Positions 10,879-22,564 of a stretch of DNA of 64,000 nt are shown here, one piece after another. The stretch is from the NCBI GenBank assembly GCA_965220745.1, contig CBDCQT010000005.1, positions 224,001 through 288,000 on the forward strand, written 5' to 3'. The notes under the pieces were generated by a model. That model made no database searches. It was not told the origin of the DNA and worked only from the letters and a program-made list of their open reading frames with translations. Origin of the DNA: Alphaproteobacteria bacterium. Its GTDB lineage: Bacteria; Pseudomonadota; Alphaproteobacteria; UBA828. The translations under genes were made by a program, and so were the position numbers. The first letter of the stretch is position 1. Every line of letters begins with the position of its first letter.

Positions 10879-11621
10879 CAGCGCGCCCCCAGGTAGGCGT
10901 CGATCACGCGCTGATCATTGCGCAGCGCCTCGGGCGGGCCGCTGGCGAGCAGCCGGCCGTGGGCCAGGCAATGGATGTGCTCGGCCAGGCTCATGATGAC
11001 GCGCATGTTGTGCTCGATGACGAAGAGCGTGACGCCGAACTCCCGATTGGCGCGCTGCAGGCGCTCGATCACGCCGTTGATCAGCGTCGGGTTGATGCCG
11101 GCCGTCGGCTCGTCGAGCAGCAGCATGCGCGGGCGCACCATCAGCGCCATCGCGAGCTCCAGCAGCTTGCGCTGGCCGAAGGAGAGCTCGCCCGCCATCA
11201 GGTGGCGCTTGCCGTAGAGGCCGCAGAAGGCGAGCAGGGCTTCGGCCCGCTCGCGGGTCTCGGCGGAGACCGGCCGCATAAGCTTGAAGAGGCCGTGCCC
11301 CGCTTCGGCATCGCTGATCGCCATGTTCTGCAGGCCGGTCATCCGCACGAAGACATGGGTCTGCTGGAAGGTGCGGATCAGCCCGAGGCGCGCGATCTCG
11401 GCCGTGCGCAGGCGCGTGATCTCACGCCCCTCGAAGCGGATCGAGCCGCCATCCACCGGGTGATAGCCGACGATGGAGTTGAACAGCGTCGACTTGCCCG
11501 AGCCGTTCGGCCCGATCAGGCCGATCACTCGACCCTCCGGCACCTCCAGCGAGATATCCTCGTTGGCGGTGATTCCGCCGAAGTGCTTGGTGGCGCCCTG
11601 GATCCTAAGCTGCGCGCTCAT
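10878..11621 (-). CDS. branched-chain amino acid-type ABC ATPase (LivG-like)
   Basis: GPNGSGKSTLFN, LSFGQRKLLE, LLDEPTAG, VIDAYLG; ATG at 11621. Confidence 0.92.
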   Translation of the reverse strand: MSAQLRIQGATKHFGGITANEDISLEVPEGRVIGLIGPNGSGKSTLFNSIVGYHPVDGGSIRFEGREITRLRTAEIARLGLIRTFQQTHVFVRMTGLQNMAISDAEAGHGLFKLMRPVSAETRERAEALLAFCGLYGKRHLMAGELSFGQRKLLELAMALMVRPRMLLLDEPTAGINPTLINGVIERLQRANREFGVTLFVIEHNMRVIMSLAEHIHCLAHGRLLASGPPEALRNDQRVIDAYLGAR

Positions 11622-12592
11622 GCCCGCTCGCTCCCGCCCTCGTGAGGTTCGTGGCGTTCGGGCCAGCGGGTCTGCGCCCAGCCGAGGATCCCTTGCGGGA
11701 AGAACACCACGATGGCGACGATGATCACGCCCAGCGCCACCCGCTGCCAGCCGAGCAGGTGGGTCCAGAGCAGCTCCTGGGTGATGTGGAAGATGACGGC
11801 GCCAAGCACCGGGCCCCAGAGCGTGCCCTTGCCGCCCAGGATCGCCATCAGCACCATCCAGACACCGAAGGTGGCGCCGGCGAAGGCGGTATCGCGCGGG
11901 TCGACGAAGCCCAGCATGTTGCCCATGGCGCCGCCCACCAGCCCCAGCACGAAGGCCGCCATGGTCCAGGCCGTGACCTTGTAGACGCCGGTGTGGAGCC
12001 CCATGGCCTCGGCCTTGTCCTCGTTGTCGCGAATGGCGTTGAGGGCGAGGGCGAAGCGGGTCCGGTAGAGCACGGCAAGCGCCGCGAAGACGAGTGCCGC
12101 CAGGCCGAAGTAGAGATAGGCGAAGAAGAGGTTGGCGGTCGCCGGCGCCGCCGGGAAGAGCGGCGGCGAGAGCCCTGAGCCCGCGCCCAGGTAGTCCCAT
12201 CCGCCCGCGATCTCGCCGGCGGCGATGCCGAGGCCGAGCGTCGCGATGGCGAAGTAGTGCCCCCGCATGCGCAGGATCATCGAGCCCAGCAGCACGGCGA
12301 GAGCGGCGGCGATGCCTGCGCCCGTGACCATGCCGAGCACGAGGCCGGGGAAGTAGTCGAGGCCTGCGTCCCGCTGCACCACGACCGAGGCGTACATGCC
12401 GACGCCGAAGAAGAGGATGTTGCCGAAGCTGTTGTAGCCGGTCTGGCCGCCGGTGATGTCCCAGGTCTGGGCCATGATGACCAGCGCCCAGAGCATCGCG
12501 ATCTGTGCCCGGTAGTCGGGGATCACGAAAGGGAGCGCGACGCCCGCAGCTGCGACGGCCAGCATGAGCAGCGGCTGGCGGCGGAGCGTCAC
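11618..12592 (-). CDS. ABC permease (LivM-like)
   Basis: RMRGHYFAIATL, AIRDNEDKAEAMG, ILGGKGTLWGPVLGA; GTG overlaps the upstream stop. Confidence 0.9.
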   Translation of the reverse strand: MTLRRQPLLMLAVAAAGVALPFVIPDYRAQIAMLWALVIMAQTWDITGGQTGYNSFGNILFFGVGMYASVVVQRDAGLDYFPGLVLGMVTGAGIAAALAVLLGSMILRMRGHYFAIATLGLGIAAGEIAGGWDYLGAGSGLSPPLFPAAPATANLFFAYLYFGLAALVFAALAVLYRTRFALALNAIRDNEDKAEAMGLHTGVYKVTAWTMAAFVLGLVGGAMGNMLGFVDPRDTAFAGATFGVWMVLMAILGGKGTLWGPVLGAVIFHITQELLWTHLLGWQRVALGVIIVAIVVFFPQGILGWAQTRWPERHEPHEGGSERA

Positions 12593-13491
12593 TTGAGGAA
12601 CTGCCTGCGCCGTTGCAGCAAAGAGCTGCGGATGACGAGGATCACCACCAGGAGGATGAAGACGAAGGCCACCTGATACTGCACGCCGAGGATGAAGCCT
12701 GCGAAGTTCTCTGCCGCGCCGAGGCCCAGGCCCGCCACGATCACGCCGGGCAGATTGCCGAGCCCGGCCACGATCACGATCATGAAGGAGCGCACGGTGT
12801 AGGGCAGCCCGATGTAGGGGTGCACCGAGTAGGCCATCACCACCAGCGCGCCGGCAGCGCCGCAGAGCGCGGCATTGATGCCGTAGGTGGCGGCGAAGAC
12901 GCGGTTGGTGTCGATGCCCAGAATGCGCGCGGCGCGAGGGTTCTGCGCGGTGGCGCGGATCGCCTGTCCGATCCTGCTCTTCTTGAGGAAGAGGATCAGC
13001 ACGGCCCCGATGACGATGGCGCCACCGCAGGCTGCGGCTTTCATCTGCGAGACCGTCACCGTGTAGTCGAGCAGGAACCACGTGCCGAGCCCCGACTGGG
13101 CCGTCCTCACGTCGCCGCCCCAGATCTGGTTCATCAGCTGCTGCAGCAGGATGGAGAGCCCGAAGGTCGCCAGCAGCGAGATGAACATGTCGCGGTCCGC
13201 CACGCGCCGGATCACGACGTGATGCAAGCCGGCGCCGATGAAATAGAGGACGATGGCTGCCACCGGCACGCCCCAGAGCGGGCTCACGCCCCAGAGCGTG
13301 AGCTGGTACGTGATGAAGCCGCCCAGCATGACGAACTCGCCCTGGACGACGTTGATGACGTTCATCACGCCCCAGACCAGCGCCATGCCGTAAGCCGCGA
13401 CGGCGAAGATCGCGCCGACCATCAACCCGTCCAGCAGGAGCTGGAGGATGAGGAACGGCGCGTCCCCCAGGAGCGCGACGTTTGCTGCCAT
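12589..13491 (-). CDS. ABC permease (LivH-like)
   Basis: GMALVWGVMNVINVVQGEF, GQAIRATAQN, AGLGNLPG. Confidence 0.92.
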   Translation of the reverse strand: MAANVALLGDAPFLILQLLLDGLMVGAIFAVAAYGMALVWGVMNVINVVQGEFVMLGGFITYQLTLWGVSPLWGVPVAAIVLYFIGAGLHHVVIRRVADRDMFISLLATFGLSILLQQLMNQIWGGDVRTAQSGLGTWFLLDYTVTVSQMKAAACGGAIVIGAVLILFLKKSRIGQAIRATAQNPRAARILGIDTNRVFAATYGINAALCGAAGALVVMAYSVHPYIGLPYTVRSFMIVIVAGLGNLPGVIVAGLGLGAAENFAGFILGVQYQVAFVFILLVVILVIRSSLLQRRRQFLK

Positions 13492-13574
13492 GTCTATCCG
13501 GCCGGGGTGGGTCTCACGGCCGTGAGAGCTAGCGGATCAGGCCTCCGCACACCAGAGATGCGCGCGGGCCGCGC

Positions 13575-14813
13575 TTACCGCTCGGCCCACGGCGGCGTCG
13601 GGTGACGGACCTCCGAGGCGGCCCACCTGGTCGGCGCGACCACGACATAGGCGCCGTCCTGAATCTGGTAGAGGACCATGGGCTTCGCGATGTTCTTCCC
13701 GGTCTCGTCGAACTTGATGTTGCCGTAGAAGGTCTGCATCTCTGTCCTGGCGAGCGCGTCGCGCACTGCGTCCTTGTCGAAGCCGCCGGCGCGCTCGAAG
13801 GCTTCTGCAAAGACGATCACCGCGGCGGAGGATTCCGCGGCCTGATAGGGCGGCGCGTAGCCGTACTCTGTCTCGAAGGTCGCGGCATAATCGCCCGCCG
13901 AGCCGAAGACATCGTCGCGGTAGGAGAGCGTGGGTGCCCACTGGCTTGCGCAGAGCGTGTACTCGGACGCGGCGCCGAACTTGCCGATCACGTCGGCGCT
14001 GTCGCAGTGCGTGATCGCCAGCATCGGCACATCGACCCGCATCTCCTCCACCTGCCGGATAGCGAGCGCTGCCCCCTTGGAATGGCCCGAGACGACGAGG
14101 ATGTCGGGCTTCACCGCCTTCGTCTTGGCGAGCGTTGCCGCCATGTCGTTGAGCTCGGGCGGCAGTTGGTCGTCGATCACGACCTGGATGCCGAGCTTCG
14201 CCGCATCGGCGAGCACGCCTGCGCGGATGTCCTGGCTGAAGGGGTCGTTCTCGAAGGCGCCTGCGAGCTTCAGCGTCGCCGGGTCGCGCCCCTCGCGCTC
14301 GGCAAGCTCGGCCGCCAGCGCGACCGCGCTCGCGAGATACTGCTCGGTGGTGGAGAGCACCGCGAAGAGGTAGCGGTAGCCCTTGTTGAAGAGCTGGAGC
14401 GAGGCGCCGTTGGCCTCCACCATGGGCACGCCGTACTGCTCGGTCACCGGCGCGATGGCCTTGGTGAGGCCTGAGCTGTAGGGGCCCAGCATGAACTCGA
14501 TGCCGTCCTGATTGATCAGCCGCTCGGCGAGCTGCGCGCCGCGCGCCGGCGTCGATTCATCGTCGTAGTAGATGACTTCGAGGCGGTAGGTGTTGCCGCC
14601 GACCGTGATGCCACCGGCATCGTTGATGGTCTTGACGGCCAGGTCGTAGCCCCGCTGGGTGTGCTCGCCGGCGGTGGTGTACTTCCCTGTCAGCGATACG
14701 GCGGCGCCGAGGTAGACGGTGTCGCCTTCCACCTTCGCCAGTGCCTCGCCCGCGGCGAGAATGCTCAGCCCGAGCACTGCAATGCCGACGATGCCGGCCC
14801 GTGCCTTCACCAT
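13575..14813 (-). CDS. ABC substrate-binding protein (LivK/LivJ family)
   Basis: Signal peptide, GAAVSLTG, INDAGGI, YYDDES, LGPYSS; ATG at 14813. Confidence 0.9.
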   Translation of the reverse strand: MVKARAGIVGIAVLGLSILAAGEALAKVEGDTVYLGAAVSLTGKYTTAGEHTQRGYDLAVKTINDAGGITVGGNTYRLEVIYYDDESTPARGAQLAERLINQDGIEFMLGPYSSGLTKAIAPVTEQYGVPMVEANGASLQLFNKGYRYLFAVLSTTEQYLASAVALAAELAEREGRDPATLKLAGAFENDPFSQDIRAGVLADAAKLGIQVVIDDQLPPELNDMAATLAKTKAVKPDILVVSGHSKGAALAIRQVEEMRVDVPMLAITHCDSADVIGKFGAASEYTLCASQWAPTLSYRDDVFGSAGDYAATFETEYGYAPPYQAAESSAAVIVFAEAFERAGGFDKDAVRDALARTEMQTFYGNIKFDETGKNIAKPMVLYQIQDGAYVVVAPTRWAASEVRHPTPPWAER

Positions 14814-14899
14814 GACGACCCTCCAATCGAGACTGCTGGCGCTTTCCTCAATCGTGGCGAAGGCTGGCGGCGCTGTCCACCGTGTGCGCCTAAGCCCAA

Positions 14900-15703
14900 T
14901 CAGAATTCGTGACGCACGGAGAGACGAAGTCCGTGGCTTCGCAAACGGGCCTCGCTTGCGGCCTGATCGAGCATGAGCGGCTCCCTGCTCCCGTCGCGCC
15001 ACACCACCCGGCCGCCGCCCGTGGCAGTCTCGGCGGTGCCGAGATCGCTGTACCTCCACGCCAGGTCGAGCGTCGTGCTCTCGCTCAGCGCCGTCGCGAC
15101 GCCCGCCGTCACCATCCAGGCAAATCCGGTTCGGTGACCTCCCGGAACGTGTGTCGTCGTCGCCGGAAACATCATCCGCGTCTCGCCCGCCCGGACCCGG
15201 GCGGCGCCGACGCCGGCTCCCACGAAGGGGTCGAACGGTCCGAGCCTCGGCAAGCCCAGCGCCGGGAGGTCAACGTAGGCGGCAACCATCCCCGACACGA
15301 CGGAGAGGTCGACCGAGACAGTCTGCCGCAACTCGGAGGCCAGATAGTTGGCTCGTCCGCTGAAGGTGAGGTTTGGGCGGACCTCGACCAGAGCCTCGAT
15401 CCTCACGGCCGGGGCTACGGTGGTGCCGATCCCGACTTCGAGGGCGGCCACCGTGCCGAAATTCCCCACCGAACGATACGGCGCGCCGTCGGGGGCCGGG
15501 CCGCAGCCGTACAGCGGGACCGGCGCCTCGATCTCGCAGTTCTTGTCGCGGAACACCGTCTCTGTCGGTTGGTCCAGGCCGAATCCGGCTCGCAGGTAAA
15601 GGTCCTCGGCCGCTGCGGTCTCCGTGCTCGCCGCCGCCGCAAGCACAACCAAAGCGGCAGCGAGGCAGTGCCACGCTCTCCGCGCTCTCCTCGGTTGCGG
15701 CAT
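14900..15703 (-). CDS. outer-membrane beta-barrel protein (opacity/OmpA-like porin family)
   Basis: Signal peptide, alternating beta strands, PFVGAGVG, LDLAWRYSDLG, C-terminal Phe (RHEF). Confidence 0.75.
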   Translation of the reverse strand: MPQPRRARRAWHCLAAALVVLAAAASTETAAAEDLYLRAGFGLDQPTETVFRDKNCEIEAPVPLYGCGPAPDGAPYRSVGNFGTVAALEVGIGTTVAPAVRIEALVEVRPNLTFSGRANYLASELRQTVSVDLSVVSGMVAAYVDLPALGLPRLGPFDPFVGAGVGAARVRAGETRMMFPATTTHVPGGHRTGFAWMVTAGVATALSESTTLDLAWRYSDLGTAETATGGGRVVWRDGSREPLMLDQAASEARLRSHGLRLSVRHEF

Positions 15704-15741
15704 GTTGGAAGCGGGATGGAGCGACCCGGTCGGGCCTCTCC

Positions 15742-16887
15742 CTACCATTGCGACCGTGCCTCGATCGGCCAGATGTCCACCAGCGTGTCGCCGCGCACGC
15801 AATGATAGACGTCGTAGAGCAGGAGCGTCTGGTAGCAGTGCGGCGCAATGCATTCCAGCGCGTCGCCCACCTGCGGCAGGCGCTCGCCCTCCGGCACGGT
15901 GAGGCGGCCCATGTCATCGCCGACCAGCTCGTAGAGCGAGTCCGGGTGCGCGCCAGAGGCGACGCGGGGCGGGAACTCCTCGCGCTGAAGCTCCTTGATC
16001 CCGGCGTCGGTGACGGCGAACTCGTCCCGCGCGCTGATCACCGTGGTGCGGACGAAGAGCGAGGTCTCGAAGGGATGTGGGTTGTCAGGCTCGAAGGGGG
16101 TATCGGCGTAGTTCACGTCCATGAAGATGTAGCTTCCAGCCTGGCACTCGGTGAAGAGACCATTGGCCGCATCAATGGCATAGGTGCCGGTACCGCCGCC
16201 GGAGACGATCTCCGGGGCCAGGCCTTCCGCGCCGAGGCGCTCGCAAAGCTCGGCGAGCGGCGCCGTGCAGCGCTCCTGCTCGGCGCGGCGGGCGTCGAGG
16301 TCGGGCTCGCGCTGGAAGGAGCCGTTGTAGCCCTGGACGCCGGCGTAGATCGCGCCCTCGGTCCCGGCGATATGCCGTGCGAGCGCCAAGGCATCGTCCA
16401 CCGCGACGAGGCCGGTGCGCCGGCCGCCGACCTCGAAGTCCACCAGCATGCGGAGCGGCTTGCCGGCTTCCAGAGCGGCCGCGGCCAGCCGGTCCACCAC
16501 GGCAGCATCGTCCACGGCGACGAGCAGCCCGTCCGCGCGGGCGTTGAGGGCGGCGAGGCGGGCGATCTTGGTCTCGGTCACGACCTGGGAGAAGAGCAGC
16601 ACACCCGGAATCCCGGCATCGGCCATGATCTCGGCCTCGGCCAGCGTCGCGCAGCACTGGCCGAGCGCCCCGGCTTCGATCTGGCGCTTCGCCACCTCGA
16701 CCGACTTGTGGATCTTGGCGACGGGCCGGACCCCGTGGCCGGCCTTGCCCAGGTAGCCGGCGAGATAGGCGATGTTGCGCTCCAGCCGGTCGAGATCGAG
16801 CACCAGCGCGGGCGTCGACAACGCCGTGCGCGAGCCCTGCTGGCCGATGAGCGGTTCGTTGGGGCCGAGCTTTCCGATCGTACCCAT
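15742..16887 (-). CDS. DSD1-family PLP enzyme (D-threonine aldolase / D-serine dehydratase-like)
   Basis: LSTPALVLDL, RPVAKIHKS (PLP Lys), SGGGTGT, QAGSYIFMD, PHC. Confidence 0.88.
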   Translation of the reverse strand: MGTIGKLGPNEPLIGQQGSRTALSTPALVLDLDRLERNIAYLAGYLGKAGHGVRPVAKIHKSVEVAKRQIEAGALGQCCATLAEAEIMADAGIPGVLLFSQVVTETKIARLAALNARADGLLVAVDDAAVVDRLAAAALEAGKPLRMLVDFEVGGRRTGLVAVDDALALARHIAGTEGAIYAGVQGYNGSFQREPDLDARRAEQERCTAPLAELCERLGAEGLAPEIVSGGGTGTYAIDAANGLFTECQAGSYIFMDVNYADTPFEPDNPHPFETSLFVRTTVISARDEFAVTDAGIKELQREEFPPRVASGAHPDSLYELVGDDMGRLTVPEGERLPQVGDALECIAPHCYQTLLLYDVYHCVRGDTLVDIWPIEARSQW

Positions 16888-17046
16888 TATTTGACCTCGC
16901 GTTTCGTTGACCGCCGGCCATCGAATATCAGGGCACGCACGGGGTCAAATCGTGCCCGATTCCGAGGGCGGTGCAGATTGCGCCGACGGGGACGGGTCGA
17001 TAGGGTCCGCCGACCTGGAAGAGGGGATATCGCGGAGGACAAGGAC

Positions 17047-17583
17047 ATGGCGGACGGAAAACGTGGCCCGACGGCGCCGGTGGAGGGGCCGGCGCGGGCG
17101 CTCGATCACGTCGGCATTTCGGTGCCTGACATCGACGCGGCCGTCGCCTGGTACCGCGACATCCTTGGCTGCTACGTGCTGATGGAGTCCGTGGAGGGCT
17201 ACGCCGACGGCAGCTACTTCGGTCAGATCGTCGCCGACATCTACGGTGCGGACTTTCAGGGGATGAAAATCGCCCACCTGGCGACGGCCGACGGGGTTGG
17301 CATCGAGCTTTTCCAGTTCGTTGCCAACGAGCGGCAGGAGAACAACTTCGCCTACTGGAAGGACGGCATCTACCACATCTGCATCCTCGACCCCGACATC
17401 GAGGGCCTGGTGAAACGGATCGACGAGAGCGGCGGGAGGCGGCGCAGCAAGGTGTGGAGGCTCTGGCCCGATAAGCCCTACAGGATTTGCTATTGCGAAG
17501 ACCCATGGGGCACCATCATCGAGGTCAGCTCCCACCCCTACGTCATGGCCTGGTCGAACTTCATCCCGCGGCACGGGGACTGA
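17047..17583 (+). CDS. VOC / glyoxalase family protein
   Basis: DHVGISVPDIDAAVAWY, GIELFQF, YHIC, EDPWGTIIE; ATG at 17047. Confidence 0.88.
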   Translation: MADGKRGPTAPVEGPARALDHVGISVPDIDAAVAWYRDILGCYVLMESVEGYADGSYFGQIVADIYGADFQGMKIAHLATADGVGIELFQFVANERQENNFAYWKDGIYHICILDPDIEGLVKRIDESGGRRRSKVWRLWPDKPYRICYCEDPWGTIIEVSSHPYVMAWSNFIPRHGD

Positions 17584-17632
17584 CCGACTGGTCCCGGCCT
17601 CGGTGGCGGCCAAGCACCGTGGCCAGCAGACG

Positions 17633-18796
17633 ATGGCGGTCTCTCGACTGCGCGATATCCCCGGCATCGGGGTCGACCGGATGGGCGATGCGGCGGATGC
17701 CGCCCGCGATCCCGACATGCTCCGTCTGGAGAACCTGGATACCGACATCCCGCCGCCCCAGGCCGCCATCGACGCCACCCGTGCCGCAGCATCGCGGGAC
17801 GATGCCAACAGCTATCTGCCCTTCCTCGGGATCGACGCGCTCCGACAGGCGGTGGTGGCGCGGCTCGAGGGCGACACCGGCATTGCCTACGACTGGCGCG
17901 CGCAGTGCGTGATCTCGGCGGGCGGGCTTTCCGGCATCCTGAACGCCCTGCTCGCCATGCTAGAGCCCGGTGACGAGGTCATCATCAGCGACCCGGCTTA
18001 CGCCGGCCTCATCAACCGCATCCGCCTCGCCGGCGGCGTGCCGCGCCTGGTGCCGCTCAGGGTGGTGGATGGCGGCTGGCGGCTCGATCTGGAGGCGCTG
18101 GCCGAGGCCGCGAGCGCGAAGACCAGGGTCGTGATCACCATGAGCCCGTCCATGCCGAGCGGCATCGTCCACACGCCCGAAGAGTGGCAGGCCATCGCCG
18201 CTGTCGTGCAGCAGACCGGCGCCTGGCTCCTGCACGACGCGGCGATGGAGCGTATCCTGTTCGGAGGGGCGCCGGCCCTGCATCCGGCACGGATACCGGG
18301 CCTCGCCGAGGGAACCGTGACCGTCGGCAGCGTCTCCAAGGAATACCGGATGATCGGCTGGCGGGTCGGCTGGATTGTCGGGCCGCCGGAGATCATGCGG
18401 GACATCGGCCTCGTCAGCCTTACCAACGTGGTCTGCCAGGTGGGCATCGGCATGCCGGGGGCCGCCGCGGCGCTCACGGCAGAGGACGACGGCATCGCCG
18501 CGGCGGTCGCCGAATGGCAGGCGCGGCGGGACCTCATCCTCGCGGAGTTGTCGGACCTGCCCGTGGTCCGGCCGGACGGTGGCTGGTCGCTCCTGATCGA
18601 CACGATCGCGCTCGGGATGAGTCCGGCGGATGCGTCGCAGCGCCTGTTCGAGACGGGCAAGATCGCCGCGACCCCGATGACCGGCTGGGGCAGCGAGGAG
18701 CATGCCGGCCGCTACCTGCGTTTCGTCTTTGCCAACGAGCCGTGCTCGCGCCTTACCGGCTTGCGCGAGCGCGTTCGCGCCGCGTGGTCGCTCTGA
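17633..18796 (+). CDS. class I/II PLP-dependent aminotransferase
   Basis: HDAAME, GSVSKEYRMIGWRVGW, YLRFVFA. Confidence 0.9.
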   Translation: MAVSRLRDIPGIGVDRMGDAADAARDPDMLRLENLDTDIPPPQAAIDATRAAASRDDANSYLPFLGIDALRQAVVARLEGDTGIAYDWRAQCVISAGGLSGILNALLAMLEPGDEVIISDPAYAGLINRIRLAGGVPRLVPLRVVDGGWRLDLEALAEAASAKTRVVITMSPSMPSGIVHTPEEWQAIAAVVQQTGAWLLHDAAMERILFGGAPALHPARIPGLAEGTVTVGSVSKEYRMIGWRVGWIVGPPEIMRDIGLVSLTNVVCQVGIGMPGAAAALTAEDDGIAAAVAEWQARRDLILAELSDLPVVRPDGGWSLLIDTIALGMSPADASQRLFETGKIAATPMTGWGSEEHAGRYLRFVFANEPCSRLTGLRERVRAAWSL

Positions 18797-18915
18797 GGCG
18801 AGCACTCTCCACCTCCGGCCCGCACGCATAACGGACTCGCACCCTCTAGTCCCTGCGATATACTCCGGCCCCGGATTCTGCCTCCCGCCCCGCAATCACC
18901 GAGACGCGCCCGGCG

Positions 18916-19197
18916 ATGAACGCGTTGGCCGACCTCATCCACGCCGTCTTCTCGATCTACATCTATCTGCTGATCGCATCGGCGGTGTTCAGCTGGCTGG
19001 TGGCGTTCAACGTGATCAACACGAGCAACCGCTTCGTGTTCACGCTGCTGAGCTTCCTCCACCGCATCACCGAGCCCCCGCTTCGGCCAATCCGGCGCAT
19101 CATCCCCAACCTCGGCGGCATCGACATATCGCCGGTCATCCTGATTCTGATCCTCTACTTCCTCCGCGATCTCATCGTGAGCAACATCGTCCCATGA
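18916..19197 (+). CDS. yggT: YggT family membrane protein
   Basis: SWLVAFNVINTSNRFV, TEPPLRPIRRIIPNLGGIDISP. Confidence 0.93.
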   Translation: MNALADLIHAVFSIYIYLLIASAVFSWLVAFNVINTSNRFVFTLLSFLHRITEPPLRPIRRIIPNLGGIDISPVILILILYFLRDLIVSNIVP

Positions 19198-19267
19198 GTC
19201 GTCCGAGACCGGTGCGCCCCTGCGCCTGCCGGATCGGATAGCGTCCAGCCCCTGACGAGGAACACCC

Positions 19268-20149
19268 ATGAGCGACGCAGTCATCATCGACGGCAAGGCA
19301 TTCGCGGCCGATATCCGGGCCGAAGTCGGGCGCAAGGCGGCGCTCCTGAAGGAGGGCCACGGCCTCGTGCCGGGGCTCTCGGTCGTGCTGGTGGGCGACG
19401 ACCCGGCGAGTCACGTCTACGTCCGCAACAAGGGTAAGGCGACCGTCGCCGCCGGCATGGATTCGCAGGAGTACCGGCTGCCCGACACCGCGAGCCATCA
19501 GGAGGTGCTGGAGACGGTCGAGAGGCTGAACGCCGACGATTCCGTGCACGGCATCCTGGTGCAGCTCCCCCTGCCCGATCAGGTGGACTCCAACGCCATC
19601 ATCAATGCCATCGACCCCGACAAGGACGTGGACGGCTTCCACACCACCAACGTGGGCCGGCTCACCACCGGGCAGGACAGCCTGGTACCCTGCACGCCGC
19701 TCGGCTGCATGCTGATGCTGCGGCACTTCGTGGGCGAGCTGAAGGGCAAGCGGGCGATGATCGTCGGGCGCTCCAACATCGTCGGTAAGCCGATGGCGTC
19801 GCTGCTGCTGCGCGAGCACTGCACCGTAACCGTCGGCCACTCGCGCACCCAGGACCTGCCGGGCGAGTGCCGCCGCGCCGACGTTCTGATCGCCGCCGTG
19901 GGGCGAGCCGAGATGATCCGGGGCGACTGGGTCAAGCCGGGTGCTGCGGTCATCGACGTCGGCATCAACCGCGTGCCGGCGGGCGAGAAGACCAGGCTGG
20001 TAGGCGACGTCTGCTTCGAGGAGGCGGTGGAGAACGCAGGCTGGATCACCCCGGTGCCGGGCGGCGTCGGGCCCATGACCATCGCGTGCCTGCTCAAGAA
20101 CACGCTCACCGCCGCCTGCCGCCGCCACGGGATCGAAGAGCCAGAGTAA
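19268..20149 (+). CDS. folD: methylenetetrahydrofolate dehydrogenase/cyclohydrolase
   Basis: [39 protein letters not shown]. Confidence 0.97.
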   Translation: MSDAVIIDGKAFAADIRAEVGRKAALLKEGHGLVPGLSVVLVGDDPASHVYVRNKGKATVAAGMDSQEYRLPDTASHQEVLETVERLNADDSVHGILVQLPLPDQVDSNAIINAIDPDKDVDGFHTTNVGRLTTGQDSLVPCTPLGCMLMLRHFVGELKGKRAMIVGRSNIVGKPMASLLLREHCTVTVGHSRTQDLPGECRRADVLIAAVGRAEMIRGDWVKPGAAVIDVGINRVPAGEKTRLVGDVCFEEAVENAGWITPVPGGVGPMTIACLLKNTLTAACRRHGIEEPE

Positions 20150-20339
20150 GATGCCAACACGCTGCTGCGCCCGACGCCGGTTTCCCCGCGTCCGCAATCG
20201 CCTTGCTACATCAATCGAAATGTCAATATAATACGCAATATGAAGCGCTATATCTATGCCGTGAGGGAAGGCGCCCTCGTAGCGAGTGTCACGTGGCGGA
20301 CGCGACGGTTGACAGCGTACCAAGCAGGGTAAGCGGACA

Positions 20340-20702
20340 ATGGCAGGAGCAAAAACGGCGCCTGCGAGCAGTGCAATCGCGAAGCGATTGGGGTCGATCT
20401 CCGCCAAGGGTGCAATGCGACATGTCGAGGTGGCCAACCTGCTCGGGACGAGACCGGAGACGGTGTCGCGCTGGAATCAGGGCCGCGCCTATCCGCACGC
20501 AAGAGCCGAGAAAACTCTTCTGGAGCTGGAGTTCATCGTCGACCAGCTATCAGACTTCTACGAACCGAACGAAGCCCGTCAGTGGATATTCGCCCCGCAA
20601 AGGCTCCTGAACGGGCAGTCGCCGGCGGAGCTGATCCAGGATGGGCGAATCGACGAAGTACGACGGTTGGTCAATCAACTTCGCGACGGCGTGTACGTTT
20701 AG
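20340..20702 (+). CDS. Xre/MbcA/ParS-type antitoxin (HTH + toxin-binding domain)
   Basis: HTH VANLLGTRPETVSRWN; C-terminal ARQWIFAPQRLLNGQSPAELI...GVYV; lies upstream of the RES gene. Confidence 0.88.
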   Translation: MAGAKTAPASSAIAKRLGSISAKGAMRHVEVANLLGTRPETVSRWNQGRAYPHARAEKTLLELEFIVDQLSDFYEPNEARQWIFAPQRLLNGQSPAELIQDGRIDEVRRLVNQLRDGVYV

Positions 20703-20722
20703 TCAGCTTCAACCTTTCGAGC

Positions 20723-21277
20723 ATGAACCACGATCCGAAGCTCCTGGATCGCCTGGGCGAATTTCATTCGGAACGTTTCGAGGGTGAGGTATTCCGGGCA
20801 ACACGCACAAATGCGGATCCGATTGCCGCATCCATCAGCGGCGGTCGGTGAGCGGCGCCGCCCGACGGCAATGTCGGGCACTCCGTTCTCTACACCAGCC
20901 TTGAGCGCGATGGGGCGCTCGCCGAGGTAGCCTCGTTTCTGGCGGAACTGACGCCGATTCCAGGCCCCCGCCCGATCAGCGTGACGCGCCTGGCCGTCTC
21001 GACATCGCACACGCTGCAGCTTGTGAGGACCGATCTCGCTACGCTCGGGGTGGACTTGGCTCGCTACGGGGAGCGGGACTACGACCGAACGCAGAAGATC
21101 GGTGCAGCATTGGTCTTCCTCGGATTTGACGGGCTCATCGCTCCTTCAGCCCGCTGGCCCTGCGACAACCTAATGATATTCGGCGACAATCACGCGTTGA
21201 CCGAAAAGCTCGAGGTGGTGGGCGAAGAGCTGTTTGAGTGGCGAGTGTGGGCAGAGACCCACGGAATCATTGCCTAA
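20723..21277 (+). pseudogene. RES-domain toxin interrupted by an in-frame TGA at 20849-20851
   Basis: FRAT...SGGR*AAPP...VLYTSLERDGALAE...TQKIGAA...FDGLIAPSAR...NLMIF reads in one frame; the stop sits where GGRW is expected. Confidence 0.85.
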
Positions 21278-21352
21278 GCGTCGAACGAAGACGCGGAGAC
21301 GAGTGACACCGGGAGGTGATAGCCGTGAGCGGCCCCGCGATGGGGATGCGGA

Positions 21353-22556
<1,204 letters not shown>

Positions 22557-22564
<8 letters not shown>

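Noticed and set aside
15373-17583. 736-aa ORF
   Set aside because: It is an antisense shadow of the DSD1 gene running into the real VOC gene that starts at 17047.
20849-20851. TGA as selenocysteine or alternative genetic code
   Set aside because: The position corresponds to Trp rather than Cys, and many genes in the window end in TGA, so the standard code applies.
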